Shown piece by piece: positions 28,059-40,136 of a DNA stretch of 64,000 bases (positions are counted from its first letter, which is position 1; every line of letters begins with the position of its first letter). The position numbers and the translations under genes are program-made. The DNA comes from Minisyncoccota bacterium (GTDB taxonomy: Bacteria > Patescibacteriota > Minisyncoccia > Phycocordibacterales > UBA2100). A model generated the notes under the pieces. That model saw only the letters and a list, made by a program, of their open reading frames with translations, ran no database searches and was not told where the DNA came from. Where the stretch lies: positions 25,772 to 89,771 of the forward strand of contig DASSSZ010000001.1 of NCBI GenBank assembly GCA_035708165.1. Reading direction: 5' to 3'.

Positions 28059-29861
28059 ATGACTGAAATCAGGAACATCGCCATCATCGCGCACGTGGAC
28101 CACGGCAAGACGACGCTCACCGATGCGCTTCTGGCGCAGACGAACGCGCCGGGCGCCGGCGTCTCCATGGACTCCGACTCGCTCGAGAAGGAGCGCGGGA
28201 TCACCATCTATTCGAAGAACGCGTCCGTCGCGTACAAGGGCACGAAGATCAACATCGTGGATACGCCGGGGCACGCAGATTTCGGCGGCGAGGTGGAGCG
28301 CGTGCTGCGCTCGATCGACTCGGTGCTCCTGGTCGTGGACGCGCAGGAGGGCCCGATGCCGCAGACGCGCTTCGTGCTGAAGAAGAGCCTCGAGCTCGGC
28401 CTCAAGCCGATCGTCGTCATCAATAAGATCGACAAGCCGGCAGCCGATCCGGCGCGTTGCGAAGAACAGGTCCTCGAGCTCTTCCTCGAGCTGGGCGCCT
28501 CCGATGCGCAGGCGGATTTCCCCATCGTGTACGCGATCGGCCGCGAGGGCGTCGCGATGCGGCACCTCGATGATCCGCGCGCGGACCTCACGCCGCTCCT
28601 CGATGCCATCATCGAATTCGTGCCGGTCGCGAGCTCTCCCGAGCATGCCGCATCGCCCCTGCGCTTCCAGCCGTTCAACCTCGCGTACGATAACTTCCTC
28701 GGCCGCATGGCGATCGGCCGCATCTACGACGGCGTGCTGAAGACGGGTGCGAACGTCATCGTGAAAGGCGCCGATGGCGCGAGCCGCGCAGGCAAGATCA
28801 CGAAGCTCTACACTTTCGACGGCCTCGAGCGCCGCGATGAGGCGGAGGCCGAGTCCGGCGACATCGTCATGATGGCCGGCGTGGCGGATATCGATATCGG
28901 CGAGACGGTCTGCGACAGCGCGGCCACCGAGCCCCTGCCGGCGATCACCGTGGATGAGCCGACCATTTCCATGACCTTCCGCGTGAACGATTCGCCGTTC
29001 GCCGGAAAGGACGGCAAGTTCGTGACGAGCCGCCAGATCCGCGAGTACCTCGAGCGCGAGCTCGAGGTGAACGTGGGGCTGCGCGTGGATTTCACGAACG
29101 CGGACGCATTCAAGGTCTACGGCCGCGGCGAGCTTCACATCGCGATCCTGCTCGAGAACATGCGCCGCGCCGGCTACGAGCTCTCGGTCAGCAAGCCCGA
29201 AGTCATCATCCGCACGGACGAGGCGGGGCACAAGCTCGAGCCGTTCGAGGAAGTCATCATCGACACGCCGGCCGAGTACCAGGGCGCCATCATCGAGCGC
29301 CTGGGGCAGCGTGCATTCATCCTGCAGAATCTCGAGAATCGCGACGAGCAGGTGCGCCTCACGCTCGAAGGGCCGACGCGCGGGCTTCTCGGCTATCGCA
29401 CGCAGTTCATCATCGATACGAAGGGAGAGGGCATCATGTCCTCGCGCGTGATCGGCTTTAAGCCGTACGCCGGCGAGATCAGGCGCCGCGCCGTCGGCTC
29501 CATGACCTCGATGGCCAGCGGGAAGGCGCTTGCCTTCGCGCTCTGGGGCCTGCAGGACCGCGGACAGCTCTACATCGGCCCGGGGACGGAAGTCTACGAA
29601 GGCATGATCATCGGCAACACCAGCAAGGGCGAGGAGATGGTCGCGAACCCGACCAAGGGAAAGCAGCTCACCAATATGCGTGCCTCAGGGTCTGACGAAG
29701 CCATCATGCTCACGCCGCCGTGGGAGATCACCATCGAGCGCGGGCTCGAGGTCATGACGGATGACGAATACCTTGAGATCACGCCGCACTTCACGCGCCT
29801 GCGCAAGCAGCACCTGACCGAGACGGACCGCGCACGCGCGTCCCGCACCAAGAAGGATTAA
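28059..29861 (+). CDS. typA: translational GTPase TypA/BipA
   Basis: [34 protein letters not shown]; EF-G-like domain order; ~600 aa. Confidence 0.95.
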   Translation: MTEIRNIAIIAHVDHGKTTLTDALLAQTNAPGAGVSMDSDSLEKERGITIYSKNASVAYKGTKINIVDTPGHADFGGEVERVLRSIDSVLLVVDAQEGPMPQTRFVLKKSLELGLKPIVVINKIDKPAADPARCEEQVLELFLELGASDAQADFPIVYAIGREGVAMRHLDDPRADLTPLLDAIIEFVPVASSPEHAASPLRFQPFNLAYDNFLGRMAIGRIYDGVLKTGANVIVKGADGASRAGKITKLYTFDGLERRDEAEAESGDIVMMAGVADIDIGETVCDSAATEPLPAITVDEPTISMTFRVNDSPFAGKDGKFVTSRQIREYLERELEVNVGLRVDFTNADAFKVYGRGELHIAILLENMRRAGYELSVSKPEVIIRTDEAGHKLEPFEEVIIDTPAEYQGAIIERLGQRAFILQNLENRDEQVRLTLEGPTRGLLGYRTQFIIDTKGEGIMSSRVIGFKPYAGEIRRRAVGSMTSMASGKALAFALWGLQDRGQLYIGPGTEVYEGMIIGNTSKGEEMVANPTKGKQLTNMRASGSDEAIMLTPPWEITIERGLEVMTDDEYLEITPHFTRLRKQHLTETDRARASRTKKD

Positions 29862-29938
29862 TCCCCTTGACCGCGCTGCGGCCCGGGCGTTCACTCAGGA
29901 GAGGAGCCTGCGGAGGCTCGGATCAGAGGGGACTACTG

Positions 29939-30331
29939 ATGCTCTCGCGAATCATGCGTACCATCCGGTGCGCGCTCATCATGGCGGCGCCCGCGCTCGC
30001 CGCGATGCCGGTACCGGCATTCGCCATCCTGCAGCCGAACGGCATGGGTGCGCAGCACACTGCGGTCGAACGCGACCTGCTGCTTAGCCTCGTGCAGGAC
30101 CCGTATCGGGTCATCTGCACGACGCCCGGGGCGACGATCCTGCTGCTCGATGAGTGGCTCGGCTATGTCACCGTGAACGCCCTGCTGAACGGCACTCCCG
30201 GGACATGCCAGGCCGTGGATGTGCGAGCGCTCGGCAGTGCGCGCATCACGTATATCGGGGAGGCATACAAGATAGCGGTCTTCAGGATCGATATGCCGGA
30301 TGGACCGCAGTTCCTTCTCGGCGGCATGTGA
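29939..30331 (+). CDS. secreted hypothetical protein (130 aa)
   Basis: signal peptide MLSRIMRTIRCALIMAAPALAAMPVPAFA; in-frame ATG inside the longer track ORF. Confidence 0.45.
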   Translation: MLSRIMRTIRCALIMAAPALAAMPVPAFAILQPNGMGAQHTAVERDLLLSLVQDPYRVICTTPGATILLLDEWLGYVTVNALLNGTPGTCQAVDVRALGSARITYIGEAYKIAVFRIDMPDGPQFLLGGM

Positions 30332-30382
30332 GCATGAAGCCCGGCAGCGCTGCCGGGCTTCTTTCGTACGCGCGCAGGAGCA

Positions 30383-31816
30383 TCAGAGATGCAGGCGGAT
30401 CACGCCGCTTCGCGTGCTCGACGCGATCCCTTCGAGATCATGCGTGATGCCGCTCACGGGATCGGATACGGTCGTGCTCGCCGAAGCGGAGGTGCTGGTT
30501 CCTGCAGGCTGATCGATGCTCTCTGACTCGCTCGCATCGGTCGTGCTTGCGCGCGACGGTGTGCTGCTCGCGCTCGCATCCGTGCTGCTCCGGTCCTGGC
30601 TCGGCTGGCTGGGGATGCCGTGCGCGCCATCGAGCATCGTGGAGATGCGCAGGAAATGCTCTGTGGCGGAGAAGTATGCTTGCGCGGCGACAGCATTCGC
30701 GAGGGCGCGATCGAATTCGTCGAGTGCACGCGCGGTGCTGCTCGCCGCGAGCGATGATTCTCCGGCCGCATACGCATCCTGCGCGGCCGCAAGGCGCAGC
30801 TGCGCCTTCGCGTAGCCATCGGTCGTGGTGGAGACGCCGGCGAGGTGCCGCGTGACGGTCGCGATCGCGGCCGTGGCGGCAGCCTTGGCCGCGAGGACGG
30901 CTGCCGGATCTGCCGCTATCTGTTCCTGCTGCGCCCGTGCCGCGGTAGTGCTCGCAGCGCTGCTCGAAGCTGCCGTGGCGCTCGCCGTGACCGTCGCCAT
31001 CACGGACGCGTGCATCGTTCCTGCGGTCGCAGGCGCCATCATGAGCGTGGCGTGCGCTGTCGCCGTGGCGGCAGCCGGCTCGGATGCGATCGCGAGCGAG
31101 GCGCCATCTTGCGCATTGGCCTCGCGCTGCTCCGTCTCGACGGTCGCTACGATGGCATGGAGCTGATCGCGCGTGGCCGGATCAGGAATGTCCTCCGAGA
31201 GCGCGGCGAGGATATCCGCGTGCGCCGAAAGGGTAGCGGCAAGCTTAGCGCTCGCCGCGACGGCCGCGGTGCCGGCAGCGTGCTCTTCGAGCTGCTTCGT
31301 CTTCTCTGCGGCAGCGGGGACCTGCGTATCGATATTGTGCTGCACCTCGAGCGCTGTGCTCGGGGTGAGCTTGCCCGTGGCGGCCAGCGTGGACGCCTCC
31401 TCGAGCCGCCGGCTCGCGCGCTCGACCGCCCAATCGGCTTTCGCCGAGGGGGAGAGGGCGAGCGCGCCTTGAAGCGTCTCGTTCACGTTCACCTTGAAGC
31501 CGTAGAGCGGATCGCCCGGAAGCGCTCCTTGCGCGGCGTATGCCGTGCCGCCGGTGAAGAGGAAGAGCACGATGGCAGCGAATGCCGGCACGCGCATCTG
31601 CGCGCCGTACCAGACGGCCGAGACGCTCTCCCGGCGCACTCGCGGCTCGCGTGCCGGGCGCATGGCTGCGTACTCGAAGAGGAACGCGCGCATGGCGTCC
31701 TTGCGCTCGATGTCCATGGGTTCGCGTGCCGAAACCGCCGTCCGGATGCGGCGTGCAAGGTCGCGATCGAATCGCGAGAGCCGTGCAATGAGTGCGGAAA
31801 GAGGTGACATAGGCAT
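30383..31816 (-). CDS. DUF5667-type anti-sigma-factor-like protein with TM anchor and long Ala/Ser/Thr-rich extracytoplasmic tail
   Basis: start MPMSPLSALIARLSRFDRDLARRI... 3 nt after the sigma-factor stop; one TM (VPAFAAIVLFLFTGGTAYAA); then ~350 aa of low-complexity coiled-coil-like Ala-rich sequence. The DUF5667 name is from memory. Confidence 0.65.
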   Translation of the reverse strand: MPMSPLSALIARLSRFDRDLARRIRTAVSAREPMDIERKDAMRAFLFEYAAMRPAREPRVRRESVSAVWYGAQMRVPAFAAIVLFLFTGGTAYAAQGALPGDPLYGFKVNVNETLQGALALSPSAKADWAVERASRRLEEASTLAATGKLTPSTALEVQHNIDTQVPAAAEKTKQLEEHAAGTAAVAASAKLAATLSAHADILAALSEDIPDPATRDQLHAIVATVETEQREANAQDGASLAIASEPAAATATAHATLMMAPATAGTMHASVMATVTASATAASSSAASTTAARAQQEQIAADPAAVLAAKAAATAAIATVTRHLAGVSTTTDGYAKAQLRLAAAQDAYAAGESSLAASSTARALDEFDRALANAVAAQAYFSATEHFLRISTMLDGAHGIPSQPSQDRSSTDASASSTPSRASTTDASESESIDQPAGTSTSASASTTVSDPVSGITHDLEGIASSTRSGVIRLHL

Positions 31817-31818
31817 GG

Positions 31819-32334
31819 TTACGAGCCGAAACGCTCGCGCAGGAGCTTTACGCCGCGATGGATGCGTACCGAGACGACGTTCTCGGAGAGGTCCATGACT
31901 TCGGCGATCTCCCGCGGCGAGAGGTCCTCGCAGTAGCGCAGGAGGACGCATTCGCGGTACGTCTCAGGGAGCTCGGCGATCGCGGCGCGGACCAGGTTGA
32001 TCTCGGCGAGCGCATCGCTTCCGGGCATCGCCTCATCAGCCGGGGTGAACTGCTGGTCCTCGGCCATGGCATCGAGCGAGACGCTCGGCTTTGCCCGGTA
32101 CGTATCGATGATCAGGTTGCGGGCAGTGCGGTAGAGGAATGCCTTCCATTGCGTGATCTCGCCGCCCTTCGCGCAGTAGTCCCATGTGCGGGTGAAAGTC
32201 TCCTGGACCAGGTCGTGCGCCTTCTCGCGGTCTGAGACCTTGAGAAGGATGAAGCGGAAGATGCTCTCGGCGTGCTCGTCATACGCCGAAAGGAACGCAT
32301 CCGAGAGGTCTGCTTGATAAGACGAATCCGCCAT
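31819..32334 (-). CDS. ECF (sigma-70 family, group 4) RNA polymerase sigma factor
   Basis: region 2 (LVQETFTRTWDY...FLYRTARNLIIDTYR) and region 4 HTH (ELPETYRECVLLRYCEDLSPREIAEVMDLSENVVSVRIHRG). Confidence 0.85.
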   Translation of the reverse strand: MADSSYQADLSDAFLSAYDEHAESIFRFILLKVSDREKAHDLVQETFTRTWDYCAKGGEITQWKAFLYRTARNLIIDTYRAKPSVSLDAMAEDQQFTPADEAMPGSDALAEINLVRAAIAELPETYRECVLLRYCEDLSPREIAEVMDLSENVVSVRIHRGVKLLRERFGS

Positions 32335-32411
32335 GTCGTTCTTACAGACACTATAGCGGCTCGCGGGCGGAAACAGAAGGCATTCGGATGCGCGGAGTAT
32401 ACTGGATGCGT

Positions 32412-32945
32412 ATGGAGACGGCGGTATTCGGAGGCGGCTGCTTCTGGTGCACGGAAGCGGTATTCCGCGAGCTTCGGGGCGTACGCGCCGTCGAGCCGGG
32501 CTATGCCGGCGGGCATGTTGCGAATCCGAGCTACGAGGCCGTGTGTTCAGGCACGACAGGGCATGCGGAAGTGATCCGCATCGAATACGACCCGGCCGAG
32601 ATCTCGTATCATGACCTCCTCACCGTCTTCTTCGCGACGCACGACCCGACGCAGGAAAACCGGCAGGGGAATGACGTCGGCGAGCAGTATCGTTCCGCGA
32701 TCTTCTACGCGAATGATGCGCAGAAAGCGGAGGCGGAAGCGTTCATCCGCGAGCTCGGAGAAGGGAGCGCGGAGGGCGATCCGATCGTCACGGCGGTCGA
32801 GCCGCTGCATGACTACTATCCGGCGGAGGAGTACCACCGCGAGTACTTCAAGGATCATCCCGAAGCGGCGTATTGCCAGCTCGTGATCAGCCCCAAGGTA
32901 GCGAAGGTGCAGAAGGAATTCGCCGCATTATTGCGCGGCCATTGA
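32412..32945 (+). CDS. msrA: peptide methionine sulfoxide reductase MsrA
   Basis: active-site GGGCFWC at the N-terminus; TATACT -10 box 9 nt upstream of this ATG. Confidence 0.9.
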   Translation: METAVFGGGCFWCTEAVFRELRGVRAVEPGYAGGHVANPSYEAVCSGTTGHAEVIRIEYDPAEISYHDLLTVFFATHDPTQENRQGNDVGEQYRSAIFYANDAQKAEAEAFIRELGEGSAEGDPIVTAVEPLHDYYPAEEYHREYFKDHPEAAYCQLVISPKVAKVQKEFAALLRGH

Positions 32946-32996
32946 GGATCTCCCGCTCCGGGAAGCTTCATGGTCGCGTGCTATCATGAGATGACT

Positions 32997-33404
32997 ATGG
33001 AACGCGAGAAGACGAACGACGAATGGAGGGTGGCGCTCACGAGCGAGCAGTACGCTTCGCTGCGCGAAGGAGCGACCGAGGCGCCATTCACCGGGGCCTT
33101 GCTGCATGAGGAGCGCGATGGCAGCTTCCGCTGCGCGGCATGCGGGAATCCGCTCTTCGCATCCGATGCGAAATTCGAGTCCGGCACCGGGTGGCCGTCG
33201 TTTGATCGGGCGATTCCTGGCTCGGTGATCGAGCGGCCCGATGATTCGCACGGCATGGTGCGTACGGAGATCGCCTGCGCGAAGTGTGGCAGCCATCTCG
33301 GGCACCTCTTCGACGACGGGCCGAAGGAGACCACGGGCAAGCGCTACTGCACGAATTCAGTATGCCTCACATTCGATCCCGCGGAAACGAAAGATCATGA
33401 ATAG
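32997..33404 (+). CDS. msrB: peptide methionine sulfoxide reductase MsrB (SelR)
   Basis: two CxxC zinc motifs (CAACGNPLF, CAKCGSHLGH) and RYCTNS active-site segment; the track ORF begins at 32970, with the ATG at 32991 an alternative. Confidence 0.88.
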   Translation: MEREKTNDEWRVALTSEQYASLREGATEAPFTGALLHEERDGSFRCAACGNPLFASDAKFESGTGWPSFDRAIPGSVIERPDDSHGMVRTEIACAKCGSHLGHLFDDGPKETTGKRYCTNSVCLTFDPAETKDHE

Positions 33405-33828
33405 GAACGCCGCAGCCGGCATCGCCGCCATCCTCATCCTCGCGTTCGGCGCGATCGCGCTCTACGAGTGGCTCGGGCCCAAAGGGAGCGTTCCCAGCGA
33501 TACGCCCGCTGCCGCGCCCGCAGCTGCCGCGACCACGACTTCGGACGTGCTCGGCACAGCGCTCGCAGACATCACGTATCAGTGCGATGCGGGCAAGACC
33601 ATCCGCGCTGTCTACTATCCGCATATCGTCATCATCGACCTTTCCGATGGCAGGGCCGCGCAGCTCATGCAGGATTCGCCGACGGATGCCGGCCGCTATG
33701 CGACTGATGACGGCGCTTTCGTATTCATGAACGGGACGGACAGCGGCGCGATGCTCATGGAGAACGGCACCCCCACGTACCGGCGGTGCCTGCCGCCCGC
33801 AGCAGCATCGAGTAGCGCAGCCGAATAG
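33397..33828 (+). CDS. MliC-family lysozyme inhibitor (second paralog)
   Basis: TM anchor, then YQCDAGKTIRAVYY...IDLSDGRAAQLMQDSPTDAGRYATDDGAFVFMNGTDSGAMLMENGTPTYRRC; start overlaps the msrB stop by 8 nt. Confidence 0.7.
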   Translation: MNRNAAAGIAAILILAFGAIALYEWLGPKGSVPSDTPAAAPAAAATTTSDVLGTALADITYQCDAGKTIRAVYYPHIVIIDLSDGRAAQLMQDSPTDAGRYATDDGAFVFMNGTDSGAMLMENGTPTYRRCLPPAAASSSAAE

Positions 33829-33899
33829 CGCCGGTGGGCGAAGCCCCCGAGGGAAGAGGCGGCCCTTCCCGCGCTCGCGCATGCTATAGTGAGCGCATC

Positions 33900-35144
33900 A
33901 TGGCGGATCGGAAGCTCTCGGAGACCCTGCGCGAGCGCGGGTATGCGTACCAGTTCTCGAGCGAGACGCTCGAAGAGATCGCGGATAGCCCCAAGACCCT
34001 CTACTGGGGCGTCGATCCATCGGCTGATTCCATGCACATCGGGCAGCTCATGGGCATGCTCGTCGTGCGGCGCTTCATCGAGGCAGGCCATCGCGTCATC
34101 TTCCTTGCCGGGGGCGCCACGGGCATGATCGGCGACCCGGGCGGCAAGAATGAGGAGCGCCCGCTGCTCGATCTCGAGACGATCAGGAAGAACGTCGCCG
34201 GGATCGAAGCGCAGGCGAAGCGCCTGCTCGACGTGGAGAACATCGAGTTCGTGAACAACGCAGAGTGGCTCGGGACGATCGGCCTCCTTGAGTTCCTGCG
34301 CGATACGGGCAAGTACGAGACCGTGAACGCAATGATCAAGCGCGAGACGGTCGCCAAGCGCATCGAGGATCCTGAGCAGAGCATCTCGTACGCGGAGTTC
34401 ACCTACATGCTCCTGCAGGCGCACGATTTCTGGCACCTGTTCACGCAGCGAGACGTGACGCTCCAGGTCGGCGCATCCGACCAGTGGGGGAATATCATCT
34501 CCGGCGTCGACCTCATCCGGCATAAGGAGGGGAAGACGGCGTACGCATTCACCTGGCCGCTCCTGATCAACAAGGCGACCGGGAAGAAGTTCGGCAAGAG
34601 CGAAGGAGGCGCGCTGTGGCTCGATGCGGCTAAGACCTCGCCCTATGAGCTCTATCAGTATCTTCTCAATAGCGAGGATGACGCCGTGGAAGAGTATCTG
34701 CTGAAGCTCACGCTCCTGCCGCTCGACGCGATCCGGGATGTCATGGCGAAGCATGCGGAAGCGCCCGAAGAGCGCATCGCGCAGCAGCGGCTCGCTGAGG
34801 AGGTGACGACGCTCGTGCACGGCGAAGGAGCGCTCGCGACGGCGAAGCGCATCTCGGAGGCGCTCTTCGCGGAGGAGCTCTCGGACGATGAGTGGCAGGC
34901 GCTCACAGAAGCGCCGAAGGCAGCGGTCGCACTCGGCACCGCGCTCGTGGACGCGCTCGTCGGGATCGGGCTCGCGAGCTCGAAACGAGAAGCGCGCGAG
35001 TTCATCCAGAACGGCGCGATCACGCTCACCGGCCGCAGGATCGCTGATACGACGCACATCCTTGCTGCGAGCGATTTCTCGCCTGCCGGCCTCGCGATCC
35101 TCAAGCGCGGCAAGCGGCAGGCGCGCGTGATCGAGGCTGCCTAG
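33900..35144 (+). CDS. tyrS: tyrosyl-tRNA synthetase
   Basis: class I HIGH-equivalent (SMHIGQLMG) and KMSKS (KFGKSEG), C-terminal S4-like domain; TATAGT 9 nt upstream of ATG. Confidence 0.9.
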   Translation: MADRKLSETLRERGYAYQFSSETLEEIADSPKTLYWGVDPSADSMHIGQLMGMLVVRRFIEAGHRVIFLAGGATGMIGDPGGKNEERPLLDLETIRKNVAGIEAQAKRLLDVENIEFVNNAEWLGTIGLLEFLRDTGKYETVNAMIKRETVAKRIEDPEQSISYAEFTYMLLQAHDFWHLFTQRDVTLQVGASDQWGNIISGVDLIRHKEGKTAYAFTWPLLINKATGKKFGKSEGGALWLDAAKTSPYELYQYLLNSEDDAVEEYLLKLTLLPLDAIRDVMAKHAEAPEERIAQQRLAEEVTTLVHGEGALATAKRISEALFAEELSDDEWQALTEAPKAAVALGTALVDALVGIGLASSKREAREFIQNGAITLTGRRIADTTHILAASDFSPAGLAILKRGKRQARVIEAA

Positions 35145-35184
35145 CTTCACCAGCGGTTCAGCCCGCGGCTGCTATGGTGCGTGC

Positions 35185-35397
35185 ATGCGATTGAATGCGC
35201 CGCACGGGAACAGGAAAGCCGCTGTGCCGCCGCGCGTAGCGCCGAATCTCCAGCCCCAAGTCAAGAATAAGGGAATCAAGCCGCCGAAGAAGCCTCGGAA
35301 GGCGCAGCTCGATATGCGGCGCCGGGAGGCGGAGCGTCTGCGCAAGGAAGTGGAGGCGCCGCACGCCTCGTATCCTCACGGGCACCGCGTCGAGTGA
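35185..35397 (+). CDS. small highly basic hypothetical protein (70 aa)
   Basis: Lys/Arg/Pro-rich ORF with a -10-like TATGGT just upstream; composition-only support. Confidence 0.25.
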   Translation: MRLNAPHGNRKAAVPPRVAPNLQPQVKNKGIKPPKKPRKAQLDMRRREAERLRKEVEAPHASYPHGHRVE

Positions 35398-35437
35398 TGC
35401 TATACTGCGGCCGTATCAGCCGTTTTAGCAGCTCACA

Positions 35438-36061
35438 ATGAATAAGGAAACGAAAGTGGCACTCTGGGCCGTCGGCATCGTATTCGTGCTCGTTGTCATC
35501 GGCGCGGGCGTATGGATCGCCATCGGCCATAACGCACCAACTCCTATGAACGATCAGGATTCAGATCAGCAGGCGCAGGACCTCGGCATGCAGGACGTAT
35601 CCCTCGGCTCGATCGACGGCACGCAATCCGGGAGCAATGCTGCCGCCGGCTCGCCGCACGCCGCCGCGGCTCTCAGCGCGAAGGCCGGCGACACGATCAC
35701 GAATGACACGGAAGGCTTCAGCACCGTAGACGCCGGCCTTCAGGCGAAGGACGTCGTCGAGGGCACGGGCGCGCCAGTCGCGGCCGGCCAGACGGTCTTA
35801 GTCAAGTACGTCGGCTCGTTCGACAACGGCCAGGTCTTCGACAGCACGGCAACGCATGGCAACGCGCCGTTCACCTTCCAGCTGGGCGCCGGCATGGTGA
35901 TCAAGGGCTGGGATATGGGCGTCGTCGGCATGAAGCCGGGCGGCATCCGCGAGCTCATCATCAGCCCGGACCTGGGGTACGGGCCGAATGATTACGGCCC
36001 GATCCCCGGCGGCTCGACGCTGCATTTCACCGTAGAGCTGATCGGCCTCGCGCAGCAATAA
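35438..36061 (+). CDS. membrane-anchored FKBP-type peptidyl-prolyl cis-trans isomerase
   Basis: N-terminal TM, C-terminal FKBP domain (VKYVGSFDNGQVFDST...FTFQLGAGMVIKGWDMGVVGMKPGGIRELIISPDLGYG). Confidence 0.85.
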   Translation: MNKETKVALWAVGIVFVLVVIGAGVWIAIGHNAPTPMNDQDSDQQAQDLGMQDVSLGSIDGTQSGSNAAAGSPHAAAALSAKAGDTITNDTEGFSTVDAGLQAKDVVEGTGAPVAAGQTVLVKYVGSFDNGQVFDSTATHGNAPFTFQLGAGMVIKGWDMGVVGMKPGGIRELIISPDLGYGPNDYGPIPGGSTLHFTVELIGLAQQ

Positions 36062-36077
36062 GCGAGGATGCTCGGAG

Positions 36078-36104
36078 AAAGCCGCCGCTGGCGGCTTTCT
36101 TTTT
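36078..36104 (+). terminator. intrinsic terminator after the FKBP gene (AGCCGCC/GGCGGCT stem plus T7)
   Basis: hairpin plus TTTCTTTTT. Confidence 0.6.
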
Positions 36105-36132
36105 GCCTTGAAAAGCACTAGCATGATGCAGT

Positions 36133-38169
<2,037 letters not shown>

Positions 38170-38170
38170 C

Positions 38171-39106
38171 ATGACCTATCGGATGCAAGAGCATGTGCTC
38201 ATGACGCCCTTGACGACCTTCCGCATCGGCGGTCCGGCGCGCTGGCTCGTGGACGTGACGACGGCGGCCGATATACGGCGCGCGCTCGATTTCGCGCGCA
38301 CGGAGGATGTCCCGTTCGCGATCCTCGGCGAAGGGAGCAACGTGCTCGTCTCGGACGCGGGCTTCCAGGGCCTCGTCATCCACCTCGATGGCGGGCGGCA
38401 CCGCGTCGTCGGCGAATACGTCTATGCCGAGGCGGGCGCTAATCTCGAAGCCCTGATCCGCGAATCCTCAGCGGCCGGGTTGACTGGCTGGGAATCGCTC
38501 GCCGGCATCCCGGGTACGATCGGCGGCGCGGTGCGCGGCAATGCCGGGGCATTCGGCACGGAGATCAAGGATGTGCTCGTGAGCGCGCGTGCCATGGATG
38601 CCGCGACCGGCGCGCTCTACGATTTCAGCGCGGACGCGTGCGAGTTCGAGTACCGCGACAGCATCTTCAAGCGCGAGACGAAATGGATCATCACGCACGC
38701 GGTCTTCAGGCTCTCAGAGGGCGATCGCGAGAAGAGCGCTGAGAAGATCGCGCATACCATCGAGGAGCGCGAGCGGCGGCACCTCCAGCGCGTTCGCGCT
38801 GCTGGCTCGTTCTTCAAGAACCCGACAGCGCCTCCGGCAGTGCGCGCCCTTTTCGAGTACGAGAAGGACACGAAATGCGTCGCGAGGCGCGTGCCGGCAG
38901 GCTGGCTCATCGAGAAGGTCGGCGGGAAGGGGATGAGGATCGGCGGCGTCTTGGCGAGCCAGCAGCACCCGAACTATCTCACGAATTTCACTGGAGATGC
39001 GCAGGCTGCGGACGTGATCGCGCTTGCCCGCGAGCTGCGGGAGAAGGTCCGCGACCGCTACAAGATCGCGCTCGAGCCCGAGGTGAGCCTGATCGGCTTC
39101 GAATGA
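38171..39106 (+). CDS. murB: UDP-N-acetylenolpyruvoylglucosamine reductase MurB
   Basis: FAD-binding MurB N-terminal domain (TTFRIGGPARWLV..., ILGEGSNVLVSDAGFQG), MurB C-terminal domain; start 2 nt after the uvrB stop. Confidence 0.9.
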   Translation: MTYRMQEHVLMTPLTTFRIGGPARWLVDVTTAADIRRALDFARTEDVPFAILGEGSNVLVSDAGFQGLVIHLDGGRHRVVGEYVYAEAGANLEALIRESSAAGLTGWESLAGIPGTIGGAVRGNAGAFGTEIKDVLVSARAMDAATGALYDFSADACEFEYRDSIFKRETKWIITHAVFRLSEGDREKSAEKIAHTIEERERRHLQRVRAAGSFFKNPTAPPAVRALFEYEKDTKCVARRVPAGWLIEKVGGKGMRIGGVLASQQHPNYLTNFTGDAQAADVIALARELREKVRDRYKIALEPEVSLIGFE

Positions 39107-39134
39107 TGCTGCGAGGGATAGCACTGGCTATGAG

Positions 39135-39158
39135 AAAGGCCGCTCGAGAGCGGCCTTT
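39135..39158. terminator. bidirectional intrinsic terminator (AAAGGCCGCT cgag AGCGGCCTTT)
   Basis: perfect 10-bp stem flanked by an A-run and a T-run; serves murB (+) and the convergent 39173..39523 gene (-). Confidence 0.6.
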
Positions 39159-39172
39159 CATATGCGGCATGA

Positions 39173-39523
39173 CTAATGCCTCGTGAATTCGCCGATCACC
39201 AGAAGCCCGCTCGATGAGAGCGCGAACTGCTCGGGATGGAGGTACTGCTCCACCAGGCCGCGCCGGATGAGCTCCGCAGCCGTCTCGCGTGCTACAGGGA
39301 TCGTCTTCCATTCGAGCACCGCGCCCGTCAGGCGGTCGCACTGCTCGATCCGGATGGTCGGCATCCCGAAGCCATTGCATATGAGCAGGCGGTCTTCGCA
39401 ATCGCAGTTGCGGCCGTCTACCTGCAAGAGCAGCATCGCCACCTCGCAATCGCTGACGGGCTCGAGCTCGCGCTTGTGCGCCCTGATCTCCGCATCGGCG
39501 ATCATGGCGATAGTCGGTTCCAT
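39173..39523 (-). CDS. hypothetical protein (116 aa)
   Basis: AAGGAG 7 nt upstream of ATG on the minus strand (MEPTIAMIADAEIRAHK...); ends at the bidirectional terminator. Confidence 0.5.
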   Translation of the reverse strand: MEPTIAMIADAEIRAHKRELEPVSDCEVAMLLLQVDGRNCDCEDRLLICNGFGMPTIRIEQCDRLTGAVLEWKTIPVARETAAELIRRGLVEQYLHPEQFALSSSGLLVIGEFTRH

Positions 39524-39682
39524 GCGATTCTCCTTCGGAACGATCTTCTGCCAGTATGCTGCCGCCCGCAGCATGGAGAGCGCATGAATGCCCCTGAGCA
39601 TTCATCTGAGCGCACTGGAGCGCATGCTTGACAGGAGCGCTCTGCGAAGTACTTTTGCACCAGCACTAGAAGGAGCCATCGA

Positions 39683-40039
39683 ATGATAACCCGAGGAATC
39701 ATGACGGGATTGCGCGCGCTGATCCGCGATCCGTGGGCCGGCAGCGAGGACTGTTACGCAGGAGCGTACCGGGATCAGTTCGAGCAGCTTGCCGATTCGC
39801 TTTCGACGCCCGACCAGCATCTCCGAGCCCGCTTCAATCCGCGCGACACGCACGTCGAGCTCTATGCGTCGTCCGGCGCTGCAGCCGGAACGGTCATGGC
39901 CTCGGTGCGGATCTTCGGCGAGGCGTGCGTGCCGTATCAAGCGGAGGTATGGTCGCCGCATTTCGCTGAGCAGCTTCCGCTGTTCACGCTCATACTCGGC
40001 CTGCCGGTCTCCCATGTACGGATGGATCTCGTTCCCTGA
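39683..40039 (+). CDS. hypothetical protein (118 aa)
   Basis: AGGAG 8 nt upstream of ATG; followed by a hairpin plus T-run at 40047-40071; divergent from 39173..39523. Confidence 0.5.
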   Translation: MITRGIMTGLRALIRDPWAGSEDCYAGAYRDQFEQLADSLSTPDQHLRARFNPRDTHVELYASSGAAAGTVMASVRIFGEACVPYQAEVWSPHFAEQLPLFTLILGLPVSHVRMDLVP

Positions 40040-40046
40040 ACTCCCG

Positions 40047-40071
40047 AAAGCCGCCCTTGGGCGGCTTTCTC
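40047..40071 (+). terminator. intrinsic terminator (AAGCCGCCC/GGGCGGCTT stem plus TCT)
   Basis: hairpin immediately after the 39683..40039 ORF. Confidence 0.5.
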
Positions 40072-40106
40072 ATCGGATGCCGTTCTGTGGTATAGTGCCT
40101 CCGTTA

Positions 40107-40126
40107 CCCTCACATCCATGTGAGGG
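40107..40126 (+). promoter_or_regulatory. perfect 9-2-9 palindrome CCCTCACAT-CC-ATGTGAGGG, 10 nt upstream of the uvrA start; candidate repressor operator
   Basis: exact inverted repeat between the TGGTATAGT -10-like box (40088-40096) and the uvrA ATG at 40137. Confidence 0.4.
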
Positions 40127-40136
40127 CCGCCATGTT

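Noticed and set aside
27177-29231. 684-aa minus-strand ORF
   Set aside because: Antisense to the methyltransferase and typA.
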